A stretch of 64,000 nucleotides of DNA, taken from the NCBI GenBank assembly GCA_965198065.1, contig CBDAON010000004.1, positions 2,784,001 through 2,848,000 of the forward strand. Direction: 5' to 3'. Position 1 is the first letter of the stretch. Every line of letters begins with the position of its first letter. The translations under genes and the position numbers were made by a program. The notes below the pieces were generated by a model, which ran no database searches, was not told the origin of the DNA, and worked only from the letters and a program-made list of their open reading frames with translations. Below are positions 20,061-32,411 of this stretch, piece by piece. This DNA is from Longimicrobiales bacterium. Its GTDB lineage: Bacteria > Gemmatimonadota > Gemmatimonadetes > Longimicrobiales > Gaopeijiaceae.

Positions 20061-20789
20061 GTGACTTCCCTTGTGGTTGGCGCGACTGGTGCGACCGGTC
20101 GGCTGCTCGTGCAGCAACTCCTCGAACGGGGTGAACACGTCAAGGCCATCGTCAGGACACGGGGGAGGCTACCAGAAGAGGTACTGAGGAGCGACGGGCT
20201 GGAAGTGACCCAGGCGAGTCTCTTAGACCTCAGCGACCGTGAGCTGGCTGACCACGTGCGAGGGTGTCAGGCGGTGGCCTCCTGTCTGGGCCACAACATG
20301 AGCTTCAAGGGCATCTATGGGCAGCCCCGTCGACTCGTCACCGACGCGACACGCCGCCTGTGCGATGCGATCAAGCCCCTCCGGCCCGCGACGCCAACGC
20401 GGTTCGTACTGATGAACACTGCTGGCAACAGCAACCGTGACCTGGACGAGCCGATTTCTTTCGCCCAGAAGTGTCAGATCGCCCTCCTACGCCTGTTGCT
20501 GCCACCCCACGTGGATAACGAACAGGCGGCAGACTACTTGCGGGTCGAAATCGGCCAGCAGGCTTTGGCTATCGAATGGGCAGCAGTCCGTCCCGACACG
20601 CTTGTCGACATGGATGAGGTGACGCCTTACGACGTGCATCCGTCACCCACCCGAAGCGCGATCTTTAACGCCGGGGAGACGAGTCGGATCAACGTGGCCC
20701 ACTTCATGGCCGAGCTCATCACTGATGATGAGACGTGGTCAAGCTGGAGTGGAAGGATGCCTGTGATCTACAACGTGGGCGCCTCGTGA
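20061..20789 (+). CDS. NAD(P)-binding Rossmann-fold protein (atypical SDR)
   Basis: VVGATGATG, WAAVRPDTL and SRINVAHFM motifs. Confidence 0.85.
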   Translation: MTSLVVGATGATGRLLVQQLLERGEHVKAIVRTRGRLPEEVLRSDGLEVTQASLLDLSDRELADHVRGCQAVASCLGHNMSFKGIYGQPRRLVTDATRRLCDAIKPLRPATPTRFVLMNTAGNSNRDLDEPISFAQKCQIALLRLLLPPHVDNEQAADYLRVEIGQQALAIEWAAVRPDTLVDMDEVTPYDVHPSPTRSAIFNAGETSRINVAHFMAELITDDETWSSWSGRMPVIYNVGAS

Positions 20790-20835
20790 TCCGTTAGAAG
20801 GCCGTTGCCATCGATGCCACGCAGGGAGGTAGCAG

Positions 20836-21183
20836 GTGCAAGGAGAAGTCCTCTATTCCGATAGGCTTGTTGAGATCTCCACCGATGCCATCGTCTTGAG
20901 GAACTACTACATCCCGTTCGGCGGTTCGAAACGAATCCCTATCGATAGCATCGAGAGCATTCAGGTCAAGGAACCCACGTTGTTAACTGGGAGATGGCGA
21001 CTGCACGGCTCGGGTGATTTCCGGGTGTGGTTTCCACTGGACCTAGCGAGGCCGAAAAGGGACAAGGTGTTTGTTGTCACGATAACAAAGAAGAAGATGC
21101 GTGCCGGATTCACGGTGGAGAACTCAGAAACCGTTCTCAGAATTCTAAGGGAGAAAGGCTTGGTTACGCAGCGAACCGCTTAG
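20836..21183 (+). CDS. Hypothetical protein
   Basis: GGAGG RBS, 115-aa ORF, lower GC. Confidence 0.65.
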   Translation: MQGEVLYSDRLVEISTDAIVLRNYYIPFGGSKRIPIDSIESIQVKEPTLLTGRWRLHGSGDFRVWFPLDLARPKRDKVFVVTITKKKMRAGFTVENSETVLRILREKGLVTQRTA

Positions 21184-21308
21184 CAAGCGCCTGAACCGCC
21201 GGCTGTTAGAGCGCGTCCGGCAACCTTAGGGGTACGGTCTTTCGAGTGGCCGCACAGATCGCACAGCAGGTTCGCAACCCTTTCGCGATGTGACGGAGGG
21301 GGAGGGCT

Positions 21309-22661
<1,353 letters not shown>

Positions 22662-22851
22662 GAGTTGCCGTGAACATGATCGCCGAGAGTCGTCGCATGG
22701 AGCCGTCAGTCCGGCTGAAGTCGCGTCCTCGTCGCGGTCTACATCCGAAAAAAGTAGCTCAGCTTCAGGATTAATCCTTGCCTGTGTTTCTCTCTTGGAT
22801 CCGTCCGGCTACGCCAACCGCTACCTCTTGCTCATACAGCATTGAGGTACC

Positions 22852-22966
22852 TGGAATGGCCTCGAAAAAGTGGACACCTAGGTCACGCGGCCTGACGTAG
22901 CCGCTCCTCATAGGCGATCGGACTCAGATACCCGAGGGTCGAGTGCCGTCGCTCCCGATGGTACCA
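22852..22966 (-). mobile_element. IS3-family 3'-terminal scar
   Basis: Minus strand reads WYHRERRHSTLGYLSPIAYEERLRQAA*, followed by a GTGTCCAC...CA IR-like end. Confidence 0.7.
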
Positions 22967-23007
22967 AACACAGAACCCCCCGAAAGCATCCGGAACGGTA
23001 CGCCTAA

Positions 23008-23202
23008 ACTGTGCCATAATCGTGCCGTAACTCTCGGGTACTGAGTGGTAAGGATGGCACAAGGGCAGGGAAGGGACCCCGGGGATCTTGGCTCAACCGT
23101 ACCATCTAGTACACGTCAGTACCACATCGTTACCATGGGGTTTACGGACTTAAAATCCCCCGGGGGCAACCCCTTCTGGGTTCGAATCCCAGCCCCGGCA
23201 CT
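23008..23202 (+). repeat. att-like repeat 2: arm motifs plus tRNA-Leu(TAA) 3' half
   Basis: Core 23146..23202 is identical to 19838..19894. Confidence 0.85.
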
Positions 23203-23265
23203 TCGATAAGACCTATGTCCGCCCAACCCCGCTCGCTGGCGGGGTGGGAGTCACGCGGCTAGTGC

Positions 23266-24264
23266 TCAGCGGGGCCCGTTGATCAGCCTGTCGAGCCTGC
23301 GTACTTCCGCTTCCGCGCCCAGCCCCTTGAACCGGACCCGGCTTCGGCGTGCCTCGACCACGGCATCGTCCCGGCGATCGGACTCGAGCAGAAGACGCGC
23401 GAGATCGCGCCCGGCCTGCGCGGCGAGCAGAGGCCGACCCAACTGGTCGGCGCGGGCGATCACTTCCCTGAGCAAAGGCATTGCCTCCTCTCGCTCACCC
23501 TGGGCGGCCAGCGCATTCGCGAGTACGCGGGTACCTTCCGCGATGCCCACAACGTCCTCGAGCTTGCGATGTGCCTCGAGGGCCCGCTCGACTTCCCGCT
23601 GGGCAAGAGCGGGGTCCCCTGCCAGGAGCCGCACCTCCGCCCTCCCCATGCGCGTCTGCGCGGCCAGAGCCAGGTCGCCCGCTGCGCCCGCCTCGGCCAC
23701 TGCCCGGTCTGCGGTCTCGAGGGCCTGCACGAGATTGCCCTGCTCGCGATAGGTGATAGTGAGGTTGTGGAGCACCTGCGCGATCCCCACCCTGTAACCG
23801 GACTGCTGGAATGCAGCCAGCGCCATGGTATAAGAGCCCACGGCGCGACCGTACTCCCCCGTCAGGTTGGCGATGATTCCGAGATTGTTGGAGCAGCGCC
23901 CCACCGTTGCATGATCCAGCTGGCGTTCGGCCTCCAGGAGTGAGTGGCGGAAGCACGTGGTCGCTTCCTCGATTCTCCCGGCATCGAGCGCGATCGTACC
24001 GGATACATTGAGGGCCCGAGCCTCGATCGCCCGATCGTGCCGCTTCCGGGACCCACTGAGCGCGGTTGTTACCCAGCGCACCCCGGTGGCATGGGAGCCA
24101 CTGCGGGCGTGGGCTATGCCAAAGAGCAGTGCCAGCGTGGGTGACGCCTCAATCTCCTCCGCAGGCATCGCACTCAGATACTCCAGCGCTGCAGCATGCC
24201 GCCCCTCTCGAGCCAGTTGCTGCGCGGTGTTGATCTTAAGGACGATCGCCGCGTTCGCGTCCAT
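23266..24264 (-). CDS. Tetratricopeptide repeat protein (MalT-like TPR)
   Basis: ARALNVSG, RCSNNLGII and QVLHNLTITYREQG repeats; probable start MDANAA. Confidence 0.8.
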   Translation of the reverse strand: MDANAAIVLKINTAQQLAREGRHAAALEYLSAMPAEEIEASPTLALLFGIAHARSGSHATGVRWVTTALSGSRKRHDRAIEARALNVSGTIALDAGRIEEATTCFRHSLLEAERQLDHATVGRCSNNLGIIANLTGEYGRAVGSYTMALAAFQQSGYRVGIAQVLHNLTITYREQGNLVQALETADRAVAEAGAAGDLALAAQTRMGRAEVRLLAGDPALAQREVERALEAHRKLEDVVGIAEGTRVLANALAAQGEREEAMPLLREVIARADQLGRPLLAAQAGRDLARLLLESDRRDDAVVEARRSRVRFKGLGAEAEVRRLDRLINGPR

Positions 24265-24278
24265 CGGGACTTCCCGAC

Positions 24279-26444
24279 CTACCAGCGGCCAAAGGAGAAC
24301 CACGAGATCGCATAACCAGAGAAGCCGAAGACCGGAGCCTGGAAGACCTGTCCGGCCACATCGTGCACGGCGCTCACCGATGTCCAGAGCGTCTCGGGCG
24401 CGTCCTGATGCCATAGGCCGAGCAACTCCTGCTCAACGTAGGCGTCCGAACCGTCGACCGCGCCGTCCCCGGTGAGGTCGGAATCGGCGCCCGCGTACCA
24501 CAGCTCGAGCCGGGCCGGGGTGTTGCGGTCGAAGGTGAGACCGCTGGGAGCAAACCGCACCTGGATCGTCTCCGCATCCACGGTGAGGGTGATCAGCACT
24601 GGGTCACCGGGGGCCACCGCCGTGCCATCGGGAAGCCGGTCCAGTGCTTCCGCGGGCACCGATAGTCTCAGGAACGGCGCTAGCGCTCCCCCCTCCGCAT
24701 ACTCGATGTCCAGGTGGCGGTCCTCGCCCTTGACGGGAGTGAGTCCCATCTTTAGTTGAAATTGAAGCGGCCTCCAACCTCAGGTAACGTGGGTGTGCGA
24801 CCACACCACGGGATCACAAGAGAGGAAGGAGGGCCACCGATGGGAAGGATGCCAAGGCTCGTCGAGCGGGGGCAAGAAGGACCGGCGGCTCGGGGAACCG
24901 AGGGAGGTGAGTTGGGAGGAGATCGAGGCGCTGGAGCTGGACCCTCGGGTGGAGCTGATCCGGCAGCTGATTCCGCTGGGACTGGCGGAGGTGGGCCGGA
25001 TGCTCGAGGAGGAAGTGGAGCAACTGGCGGGGCAACGTCACGCCAGGAAGACCGAGGACGATCGACATTGCCGGCATGGGCATAACCCAGGGTCGGTGCG
25101 GTTGGGCGGCCAGCGGCATCCGGTGCGAGTACCGCGGGTGCGAGGCCCGGCCGGAGAGTCGAGGCTGGCGGCGTATGAGCAGCTGCATGGCTCGCCCGGC
25201 GAGATGGACGAGGGGCTGTTTCGGAAGGTGCTGCTCGGGATCTCGTGCCGGGACTACGAGGCAGCGGTCGAGGCGGTGCCTGGAGCCATCGGGCTGTCGA
25301 AGTCGACGGTCTCGCGGGAGTTCAAGAAGGCCACGGCCGCGAAGCTGAAGGAGTTTCAGGAGCGGGACCTCTCGGGTTACGACGTGGGGTGGCACTCGTC
25401 CTGGACGGCAAGAGCTTTGCCGAGGACGAGATGGTCGTCGCGCTCGGGGTGACGACCAAGGGGGACAAGGTCTTCCTCGGGTTCGTCCAGACCGACACGG
25501 AGAACGCCGTGGTGATCCGATCCTTCCTTCGGAGTCTGAAGGACCGAGGTCTCGACCTGTCGGCCGGAGCGCTCGTGGTGATCGATGGAGCCCGCGGTCT
25601 CCGGAGCGGCGTCCTGGCGGTCTTCAAGGGACAGGTGCTCATCCAGCGGTGCCAGTGGCACAAGCGGAAGAACGTGATCTCGTATCTGCCGAGAGCGGAG
25701 CAGAAGGGCTGGCGCCAGCGTCTGCAGCGCGCCTACCAGCGGCCCACGTACGAAGAGGCCGTCAAGGACCTCAAGGCCCTGCGCCAGGAGCTCGCGGGGG
25801 TGAACCAGTCCGCGGCGGCCAGTCTCGATGAGGGGTTCGAGGAGACCCTCACCCTCCACCGGTTGGGAGTCTTCCCCCTGGTCGGCCAGTCGCTCAAGAC
25901 CACCAACGTGCTCGAGTCCGTGAACGCCCTGGCCGAGCAGAGGTGCGGACGCGTGGACCACTGGAAGAACTCGAGCCAGAAGCACCGATGGCTCGCGACC
26001 ACGCTCCTGGAGATCTAGTCACGGCTCCGGAGGTTGCTCGGGTACCGACACCTCCCGCTCCTCAGGGCCGCGATCCAGAAGGACCTCGGGATCACCCTTC
26101 CCGAGAGCCGTTCACATGCTGTCGCCTGAGACGGAGGCCGCTCCAGTTTCAACTAACTTTGGGATTGACTCCTTGACGGCCCAGAAGCTCACCGTGAAGT
26201 CCCCGGCGTCCTCCTCGGCCGCGCTCCGGAGCGCCCGTGGTCCACCTGCCTCGACCCACTCGCTCGGGTGCGCAACGAAGAGGCGAGCCTGCTCCCTCTT
26301 CTCCCAGCGCAGCATGTTAAGCGCGCGCTCTGGGCCCGCCTGCACTTCCGTTTCGTCCCGCTCCGAAGATGGCCCGGTAGCGTCGGCACAACTGGCGACG
26401 GCCGCGGTCGCCGCCAGCACGAGAACCAGCAGCTGTCTAGACAT
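24279..26444 (-). pseudogene. Hypothetical lipoprotein interrupted by IS256 copy 2
   Basis: Lipobox-like AVASC. Removing the IS and one TSD restores FWAVK-GEDRHLDIEY in frame. Confidence 0.8.
24737..26171 (+). mobile_element. IS256-family element, copy 2, with 8-bp TSD CTTGACGG
   Basis: Same ORF translations as copy 1. TSD at 24729..24736 and 26172..26179. Confidence 0.93.
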
Positions 26445-26503
26445 GGCAGCCTCTCTCGGAGTTCTGCAGCCGTTTCACAGGAACCCGTCAGAGCCGCGCC
26501 GCC

Positions 26504-26527
26504 CCGGCACCGAGATCTCGGTGCCGG
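26504..26527. repeat. Perfect 24-bp palindrome
   Basis: CCGGCACCGAGATCTCGGTGCCGG, in the leader of the lipoprotein gene. Confidence 0.85.
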
Positions 26528-26554
26528 ATTCCGCCACTCTGGACCCTCCGAGCG

Positions 26555-26571
26555 TTGCATGGATCATGCCC
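26555..26571 (-). promoter_or_regulatory. Candidate sigma54 -24/-12 promoter
   Basis: Minus strand GGGCATGATCCATGCAA (GG-N10-GC), 110 bp upstream of the lipoprotein ATG and next to a sigma54 activator gene. Confidence 0.55.
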
Positions 26572-26721
26572 GACAGCGCTGGGCCGGAAGCCCAATTCCG
26601 CCGGCCTGCTCCGCACGATCCGCCTGAAAAGAACCTGGATCATTTTGAACCATGCCGACACGATCCGTACCTGTCACGCCGATCGGTCGTGGACACGCCG
26701 GTCGGCACCCTGAGGCGTATG

Positions 26722-28110
26722 TCAGGTCGGTCGGGTCCGCAGGTCGAGCAAGCGCCGGAGGCGGCGGCGGGAGATGCCCAGACGCCGGGCTGCCTCGCTG
26801 CGGTTGCCGCTGCAGAGCTCGATCATCGCGTGGGCTGCCCCGGTGGTGATGTCCTCGAGGGTCGCTGGAAACGGCAGCGGACTGCCTACCTCGGGGTGGG
26901 GGGGGGACTGGGGAAGGAGCTCCAGCAGATTCAGCGTGCCGGCCTCCGATAGGAGCAGGCTCCGCTCGAGCGCGTTCTTGAGTTCCCGCACGTTTCCCGG
27001 CCACGCGTGGCGCTTGAGCTCGCGGCGTACCTCGACCGTCAAGGGAGGAGCCGGGAGGTCGTGCTGGCTCGCGAGGCGTTCCATGAGCGCCAAAGCGATT
27101 TGCACGACGTCGTCGCCGCGCTCGCGCAGAGGCGGCAGCACCAACGTGATCACGCTGAGGCGGTAGAAGAGATCCTGCCGGAATCGGCCCGACCCGGCCG
27201 CCTCCTCGAGGTTCTCGTTCGTGGCCGCCAGGATCCTGACATTCACCTGGTGCGACTTCGTGCCTCCGACCCGGCGAATCTCCTTGTCCTCCAGCACGCG
27301 CAGGAGCTTCGCCTGAAGATCCAGCGGCAGCGCTCCGACCTCATCCAGGAACAAAGTTCCGCCGTCGGCCACCTGGAAGAGCCCGGGCTTTGCTGCATGT
27401 GCGTCGGTGAATGCTCCCCGCTCATGGCCAAAGAGCTCGAATTCGATCAGCTGGGCGGGGAGGGCCGAGCAGTTGATCGGCACGAACGGCGCGCGCCGTC
27501 TGGAGCCTCCGAAGTGGATGGCGCGTGCAAACAGCTCCTTGCCCGTGCCCGTCTCCCCGACGATCAAACCGGTGGCGTCGGCATGAGGCAGGAGTCGCCC
27601 CGCCCGGGTGAGCACCGCGCGGATCGCGGTACTGTCGCCGACGATCTCGGAGAACGCCTCTGGCCGCGGGACGGCCTCGGATGCCTCCCGGCTCCGGGTC
27701 GAGCGGTGCCGTTCCACGGCGGACCACAACGTGTTCCGCAGCACCTCGACGTCGTCCGGGACGGCGAAGTAGTCTGTGGCCCCGTGGCCCACTACGCGCG
27801 CGGCGATGCGCCGCCCCGGGTCCGCTCCGACCACGTACACGGGGACCTCGATCGGCCTGGCCGAGCCTTCCAGCCACTCGGCGGCCTCACGCTCCGCCCC
27901 GCCTGCCGAGACCAGCACGGCGGCGACGTCCGGGGCAACCGCTCCGAGGGGCTCCGGCGGCAGGGCGACCACCTCGGCCTCCAGGTCCCTCGCCAGGACC
28001 TGCCAGAAGTCGTGGAACGATTCGGACAATTGAACCACCATCACTTTCGGTGGATCCACTCGAATGCTCCCGGTCCGGGCGGGCACCGTCGCAAGTCCCG
28101 ATGCCTCCAT
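26722..28110 (-). CDS. Sigma54-dependent activator with degenerate receiver domain
   Basis: GETGTGKE, GAFTDA, WPGNVREL and HTH. The REC-like region lacks the usual Asp/Lys. Start uncertain. Confidence 0.85.
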   Translation of the reverse strand: MEASGLATVPARTGSIRVDPPKVMVVQLSESFHDFWQVLARDLEAEVVALPPEPLGAVAPDVAAVLVSAGGAEREAAEWLEGSARPIEVPVYVVGADPGRRIAARVVGHGATDYFAVPDDVEVLRNTLWSAVERHRSTRSREASEAVPRPEAFSEIVGDSTAIRAVLTRAGRLLPHADATGLIVGETGTGKELFARAIHFGGSRRRAPFVPINCSALPAQLIEFELFGHERGAFTDAHAAKPGLFQVADGGTLFLDEVGALPLDLQAKLLRVLEDKEIRRVGGTKSHQVNVRILAATNENLEEAAGSGRFRQDLFYRLSVITLVLPPLRERGDDVVQIALALMERLASQHDLPAPPLTVEVRRELKRHAWPGNVRELKNALERSLLLSEAGTLNLLELLPQSPPHPEVGSPLPFPATLEDITTGAAHAMIELCSGNRSEAARRLGISRRRLRRLLDLRTRPT

Positions 28111-28339
28111 AGGCCACCGCGCTTGGTACCAATTGAACCATGTACCCCAAAGCGTACCATAGCAACCTCCGTGGATGCCGATCCGTAACCATCTCTCCGA
28201 CACGCGTTTCGGTCCCCCAGGTGCGGACGGCCCTCGCCTTGCACCAAAGAATGCGGGAAGCGCTTGGCGAAGGCTGGGTAAGTGAGCCCGCACGAGGCGA
28301 CGGGAAGCAACGATGAAGGCTGGAAACGCGGCAACACTC

Positions 28340-29083
28340 ATGGTAGACGAGGGTCACGGACCCCGCACCCCCGACCGTCGGAGGGTCGGGGACGGGTTGG
28401 ATCGTTTTGATCCAGACGAGCAGGGCCCGGGCGCGCTACGTGCCATGACCCTCGCGCTGCGGGCGAAGGACGCGTACACGCATGCGCACTCCCGCCGAGT
28501 GGGCATTCGCGCTGTCGCCATCGCCCGCGAGCTCAACCTCGGCAAAGACCTCCAGCGCGAGATCCGCCTGGCCGGGGAGCTTCACGACATGGGGAAGATC
28601 GGAGTGCCCGGCGAGCTGTTGCGGCGGCCGGGCAAGCTGACGCCGGACGAGCACCGTCGCGTCCTGACCCACACACTCATCGGAGAGCGGATGTTGGCTC
28701 CGCTGATGAGCAGCCACCCCGTCGTGCTGAGCGTCGTGCGCTCGCACCACGAGCGCGTGGACGGCCGGGGGTTCCCCGACGGGCTCGCGGGCGCTGCGAT
28801 CCCGCTGCCCGCTCGCATCGTCGCGGTGGCGGATGCGTTCGATGCAATGACGAGCGGGCGCTCCTACCGGCCGGCCGTCTCGCGCGGGGCAGCTCTCACC
28901 GAGCTCATGGCCCACGCCGGCACGCAGTTCTACAGCACGTGCGTGCGCGCCCTCGCAAGGGCCCTCGCCCGGGAGCGTCGCGTCCGGTCACGTGGGCCGC
29001 GCGAGCGCCGCCGTACCGCAGGGTCGAAGCTCCGTTCCCGCCGAAACACTCTCAGAGCCATTGACCCCTGCACTGTGCCGTAA
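28340..29083 (+). CDS. Stand-alone HD-GYP phosphodiesterase
   Basis: HSRRV, LHDMGKIG, HHERVDGRGFP and VADAFDAMTSGRSY motifs. Stop lies inside att repeat 3. Confidence 0.85.
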   Translation: MVDEGHGPRTPDRRRVGDGLDRFDPDEQGPGALRAMTLALRAKDAYTHAHSRRVGIRAVAIARELNLGKDLQREIRLAGELHDMGKIGVPGELLRRPGKLTPDEHRRVLTHTLIGERMLAPLMSSHPVVLSVVRSHHERVDGRGFPDGLAGAAIPLPARIVAVADAFDAMTSGRSYRPAVSRGAALTELMAHAGTQFYSTCVRALARALARERRVRSRGPRERRRTAGSKLRSRRNTLRAIDPCTVP

Positions 29084-29266
29084 TTGTGCCGTAACTCTCG
29101 GGAACAGGGTGGTAAGGATGGCACAAGGGCAGGGAAGTGGATCCCGAGATTATGGCTCAACCGTATCATCTAGTACACGTCAGTACCACATTATCACCAT
29201 GGCGTTTACGGACTTAAAATCCTCCGGGGGCAACCCCTTCTCGGTTCGAATCCCAGCCCCTGCACT
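29072..29266 (+). repeat. att-like repeat 3: arm motifs plus tRNA-Leu(TAA) 3' half (3 mismatches)
   Basis: Core 29210..29266. Inverted arm-like motifs ACACGGCAGGTTACGGC at 29331..29347. Confidence 0.85.
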
Positions 29267-29483
29267 TCAGTAACCACAACAACTTACGCGATTTGGAGGG
29301 GGAGCTGTCTGGGCAACGCCACACCTGATAACACGGCAGGTTACGGCTCCGCCGCCCGGCGGGCGCCCCCGTGCCGACTCTCGATAGGAGAATTCCATGA
29401 AGAAGCTACTGCTCGTCCCATGCGCGTTGATCTTGCTGCCAGCGACACCCAGTGGTCGGATCGGGTGTCCTGGTGCCGGCCAG

Positions 29484-30917
29484 TCAAGCGGCGCAGCACG
29501 AAAGCTTCGCGACGTCCTTTTCGAAGGTCTGCGCGGTCAGTTTGATGCCCTCTCCTAGCGTCAGGTAGGGATGCAGCGTGTCCGTCAGGTCTTCGATGGT
29601 GAGACCGAACTTGATTGCGAGCGTGGGCTCCATGATGTACTCCCCCGCCTCTACGGTGAGGATGTGAGCACCCAGAATCTTCCGGGTCCGCGCGTCGGCG
29701 ATCAGCTTGATGAAGCCTCGGGTGTCATGTGAAGCGAGCGACCGCGACACGTGTTCGAGCGGCAGCTTCGATGTGATGACTTCGTGCCCGGCTGCGCTGG
29801 CCTGTTCCGCCGTCATACCGACGGTGGCGACTGCCGGGACGGTAAACGTCACCTGGGGCACCACCGAACCGCCGACCGACTTGCTGTTCCCCGATAGCGC
29901 GTTCTCAGCTGCGAAAGAAGCACCTGTGCCGCTACGTATACGTGCATGGGCCCGCCGGTGACATCCCCGGCGGCGTAGATGTTCGGATTGCTTGTCTGCA
30001 GAAACTCGTCGACTAGGATCTCGCCTCCGGCTACTAGCTCGACGCCGGCCTCCTCGAGGCCGATACCACTCGTGTTTGGATTCCGACCGGCAGCCAGGAG
30101 GATTGCCTCGGCCGTCACTGATTGCTCGTTGCCATCTCTCACGAAGGACACCGTGCGACCAAGCGGGCCGCTCTCCACCCGAACCGGCCGGGCGCCCAGC
30201 TCAACACGTAGCCCCTCGGACCGCAGATGGATCGCGAGCTCGGCGCCGAGGTCGGCATCCTGATTCGAAAGTAGGGTCGAGCGAGCAAGGACCGTCACCT
30301 CGACACCGAGTCGCGACATCGCCTGCGCGAGTTCGAGACCCACGGAGCCGGCCCCGATCACGACTAGCGACTCCGGGAGGGCGTCTAGCTCCATCAGTGT
30401 GGTGCTATCGAGGTATTCGGCGTCATCCAAACCCGCAATCTCTAGGTGCCTGGTTGACGCGCCGGTGGTAATGATGAGGCGGGGGGTAGTGACCGTCGTG
30501 CCGGTCTTCGAGGCGTACGGCGCCACTCGGCAGGGGGGTCCCTCGTTGATCGAAGAAAGTGATGCTGGGATACCACGGAAGCACATCGATGTACTTCGCC
30601 TGCCGAAGGCTCTCGACCAGTTCATCCTTCTGGGCCCGCACCGCGTTCCAATCAGCCGGCTCTCGCGAGGTCGCGATGCCTTCGAACGGATGAAACTCAC
30701 GTGTGTGCTGCGCTTCGGCCGCGCGGATGAGTGCTTTCGACGGGATGCAGCCCACGTTGATGCAGGTTCCACCGATCGTTCCCGCGTTGATGAGCGCTAC
30801 GCTAGCACCCATCTCGGCAGCACGGATGGCCGCTGCGAAGCCGGCGGATCCACCCCCGAGGACGGCAAGATCGAACTGCGTGCTATCCTTGCTCGTGGAC
30901 GGCGTTGTCATCGTCAT
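29484..30917 (-). pseudogene. merA: Mercuric reductase, frameshifted, no NmerA domain
   Basis: GGTCINVGCIPSK, HPYLT and C-terminal KLSCCAA, split over three frames. Confidence 0.88.
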
Positions 30918-30984
30918 CGGCAGCTTGTCCCCCTCCTTTCCCGTCAGCCATAAGCGGGACTAGGGATCCTCCATCTTTGCCTAC

Positions 30985-31016
30985 ATTGTAAACCCTGGAC
31001 CATGGTACGGGGTCAA
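30985..31016 (-). promoter_or_regulatory. MerR-type promoter/operator
   Basis: TTGACC-20 nt-TACAAT with dyad ACCCCGTACCA/TGGTCCAGGGT, directly upstream of merA. Confidence 0.8.
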
Positions 31017-31140
31017 GGGCAACCTTCCTGACGACGTCGACCGGGGCCCTTCCCACCTCCCGCTCTGGCGGCTCTCAGACGAGGACCACCAGGTGTAGAA
31101 CTTTCGCTCCCGCCAATGATCCGGCACTACCTCGGACTCC

Positions 31141-32411
31141 TGACCTGACCCGCTGAAACGAGACCAGGTGCAATGTTAGGATCGACCTGGTCCGAAGCTT
31201 TTCAGCGAGGAGGTCAGGATGGGAAGGAAGCGACACACTCCGGAGCAGATCATCACTGCAGTGCGGGAGGCAGAGGTCGGTCTGGCCGGCGGCAAATCCG
31301 TGAAGCTGATCAGGGGGGAGCTCGGCATCACCGAGCAGACGTACTACCGGTGGAGGCGGGAGTACGGCGGGATGAAGGTGAGCCAGGCACGGCGCCTGAA
31401 GGAGCTCGAGCGCGAGAACGGGCGCCTGAAGCGAGCAGTGGCGGACTTGACACTGGACAAGCTGATCGTGGAGGAAGCGGCCAAGGGAAACTTCTGAGCC
31501 CCGAGCGCCGACGACGTTGTGTGGTGCGTGTACGTCAGCAGCTCGGGGCGTCGGAGAGGAGAGCGTGCCGGGTGCTCGGGCAGCCACGCACGACCCAGCG
31601 CGGGGCGAGGAGAGTGGCGAGTGACGAGGGGGCGCTCCGAGGTGATATCGTGCGACTCGCGAGTCGATTCGGCCGCTACGGCTAGCGACGCGTCACGGAC
31701 ACGCTCCGCATCGAGGGCTGGGGGGTGAAGCACAAGCGGGTGGAGCGGATCTGGAGGCAGGAGGGGCTGAAGGTCCCGGAGCGGCAGCCGAAGCGAGGTC
31801 GGCTGTGGCTCAACGACGGATCGTGCATCCGGCTGAGGCCGCTGTATCGGGGCCACGTCTGGTCGTACGACTTCGTGGCCTCGAGGACGCACGACGGGCG
31901 TGCGCTGAAGCTGCTGACAGTGCTGGACGAGCACACGAGGGAGTGCCTGGCGATCGTGGTGGCTCGCAAGATCCGCTCGCACGACGTGCTCGAGGTGCTG
32001 GACGATCTGTTCGTCCGACACGGGCCCTCCCGAGTATCTGAGGTCGGACAACGGACCGGAGTTCACCGCGAAGCCCGTGCGGCGGTGGTTGGGGCGCGTG
32101 GGCGTCGAGACGCTCTTTATCGAGCCGGGCAGCCCGTGGGAGAACGGCTACAACGAGAGCTTCAACGGCAAGCTCAGGGACGAGCTGTTGAACGGGGAGA
32201 TCTTCTGCTCGTTGGCGGAGGCGGCCGTGCTGGTCGAGCAATGGAGGCGCGAGTACGATACCGTCCGACCCCACAGCGCCTGCGACGGCTTTCCCCCGGC
32301 CCCTGAGGCGATTAAGCCGTCGCCCTGGTTCCTGAGGATGCCCGTCCTTCACCGCCCTCCACAGGTGCTGGGACTAACATAGGTTGTGGTACCGCTCTTC
32401 GGGGCAGGTCA
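31141..32411 (+). mobile_element. IS3-family element, degenerate orfB
   Basis: TGACCTG...CAGGTCA ends, orfA 31219..31497, GGGAAAC slippery site, WSYDFV and SPWENGYNESFNG motifs, TAG at 31683, no TSD. Confidence 0.9.
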
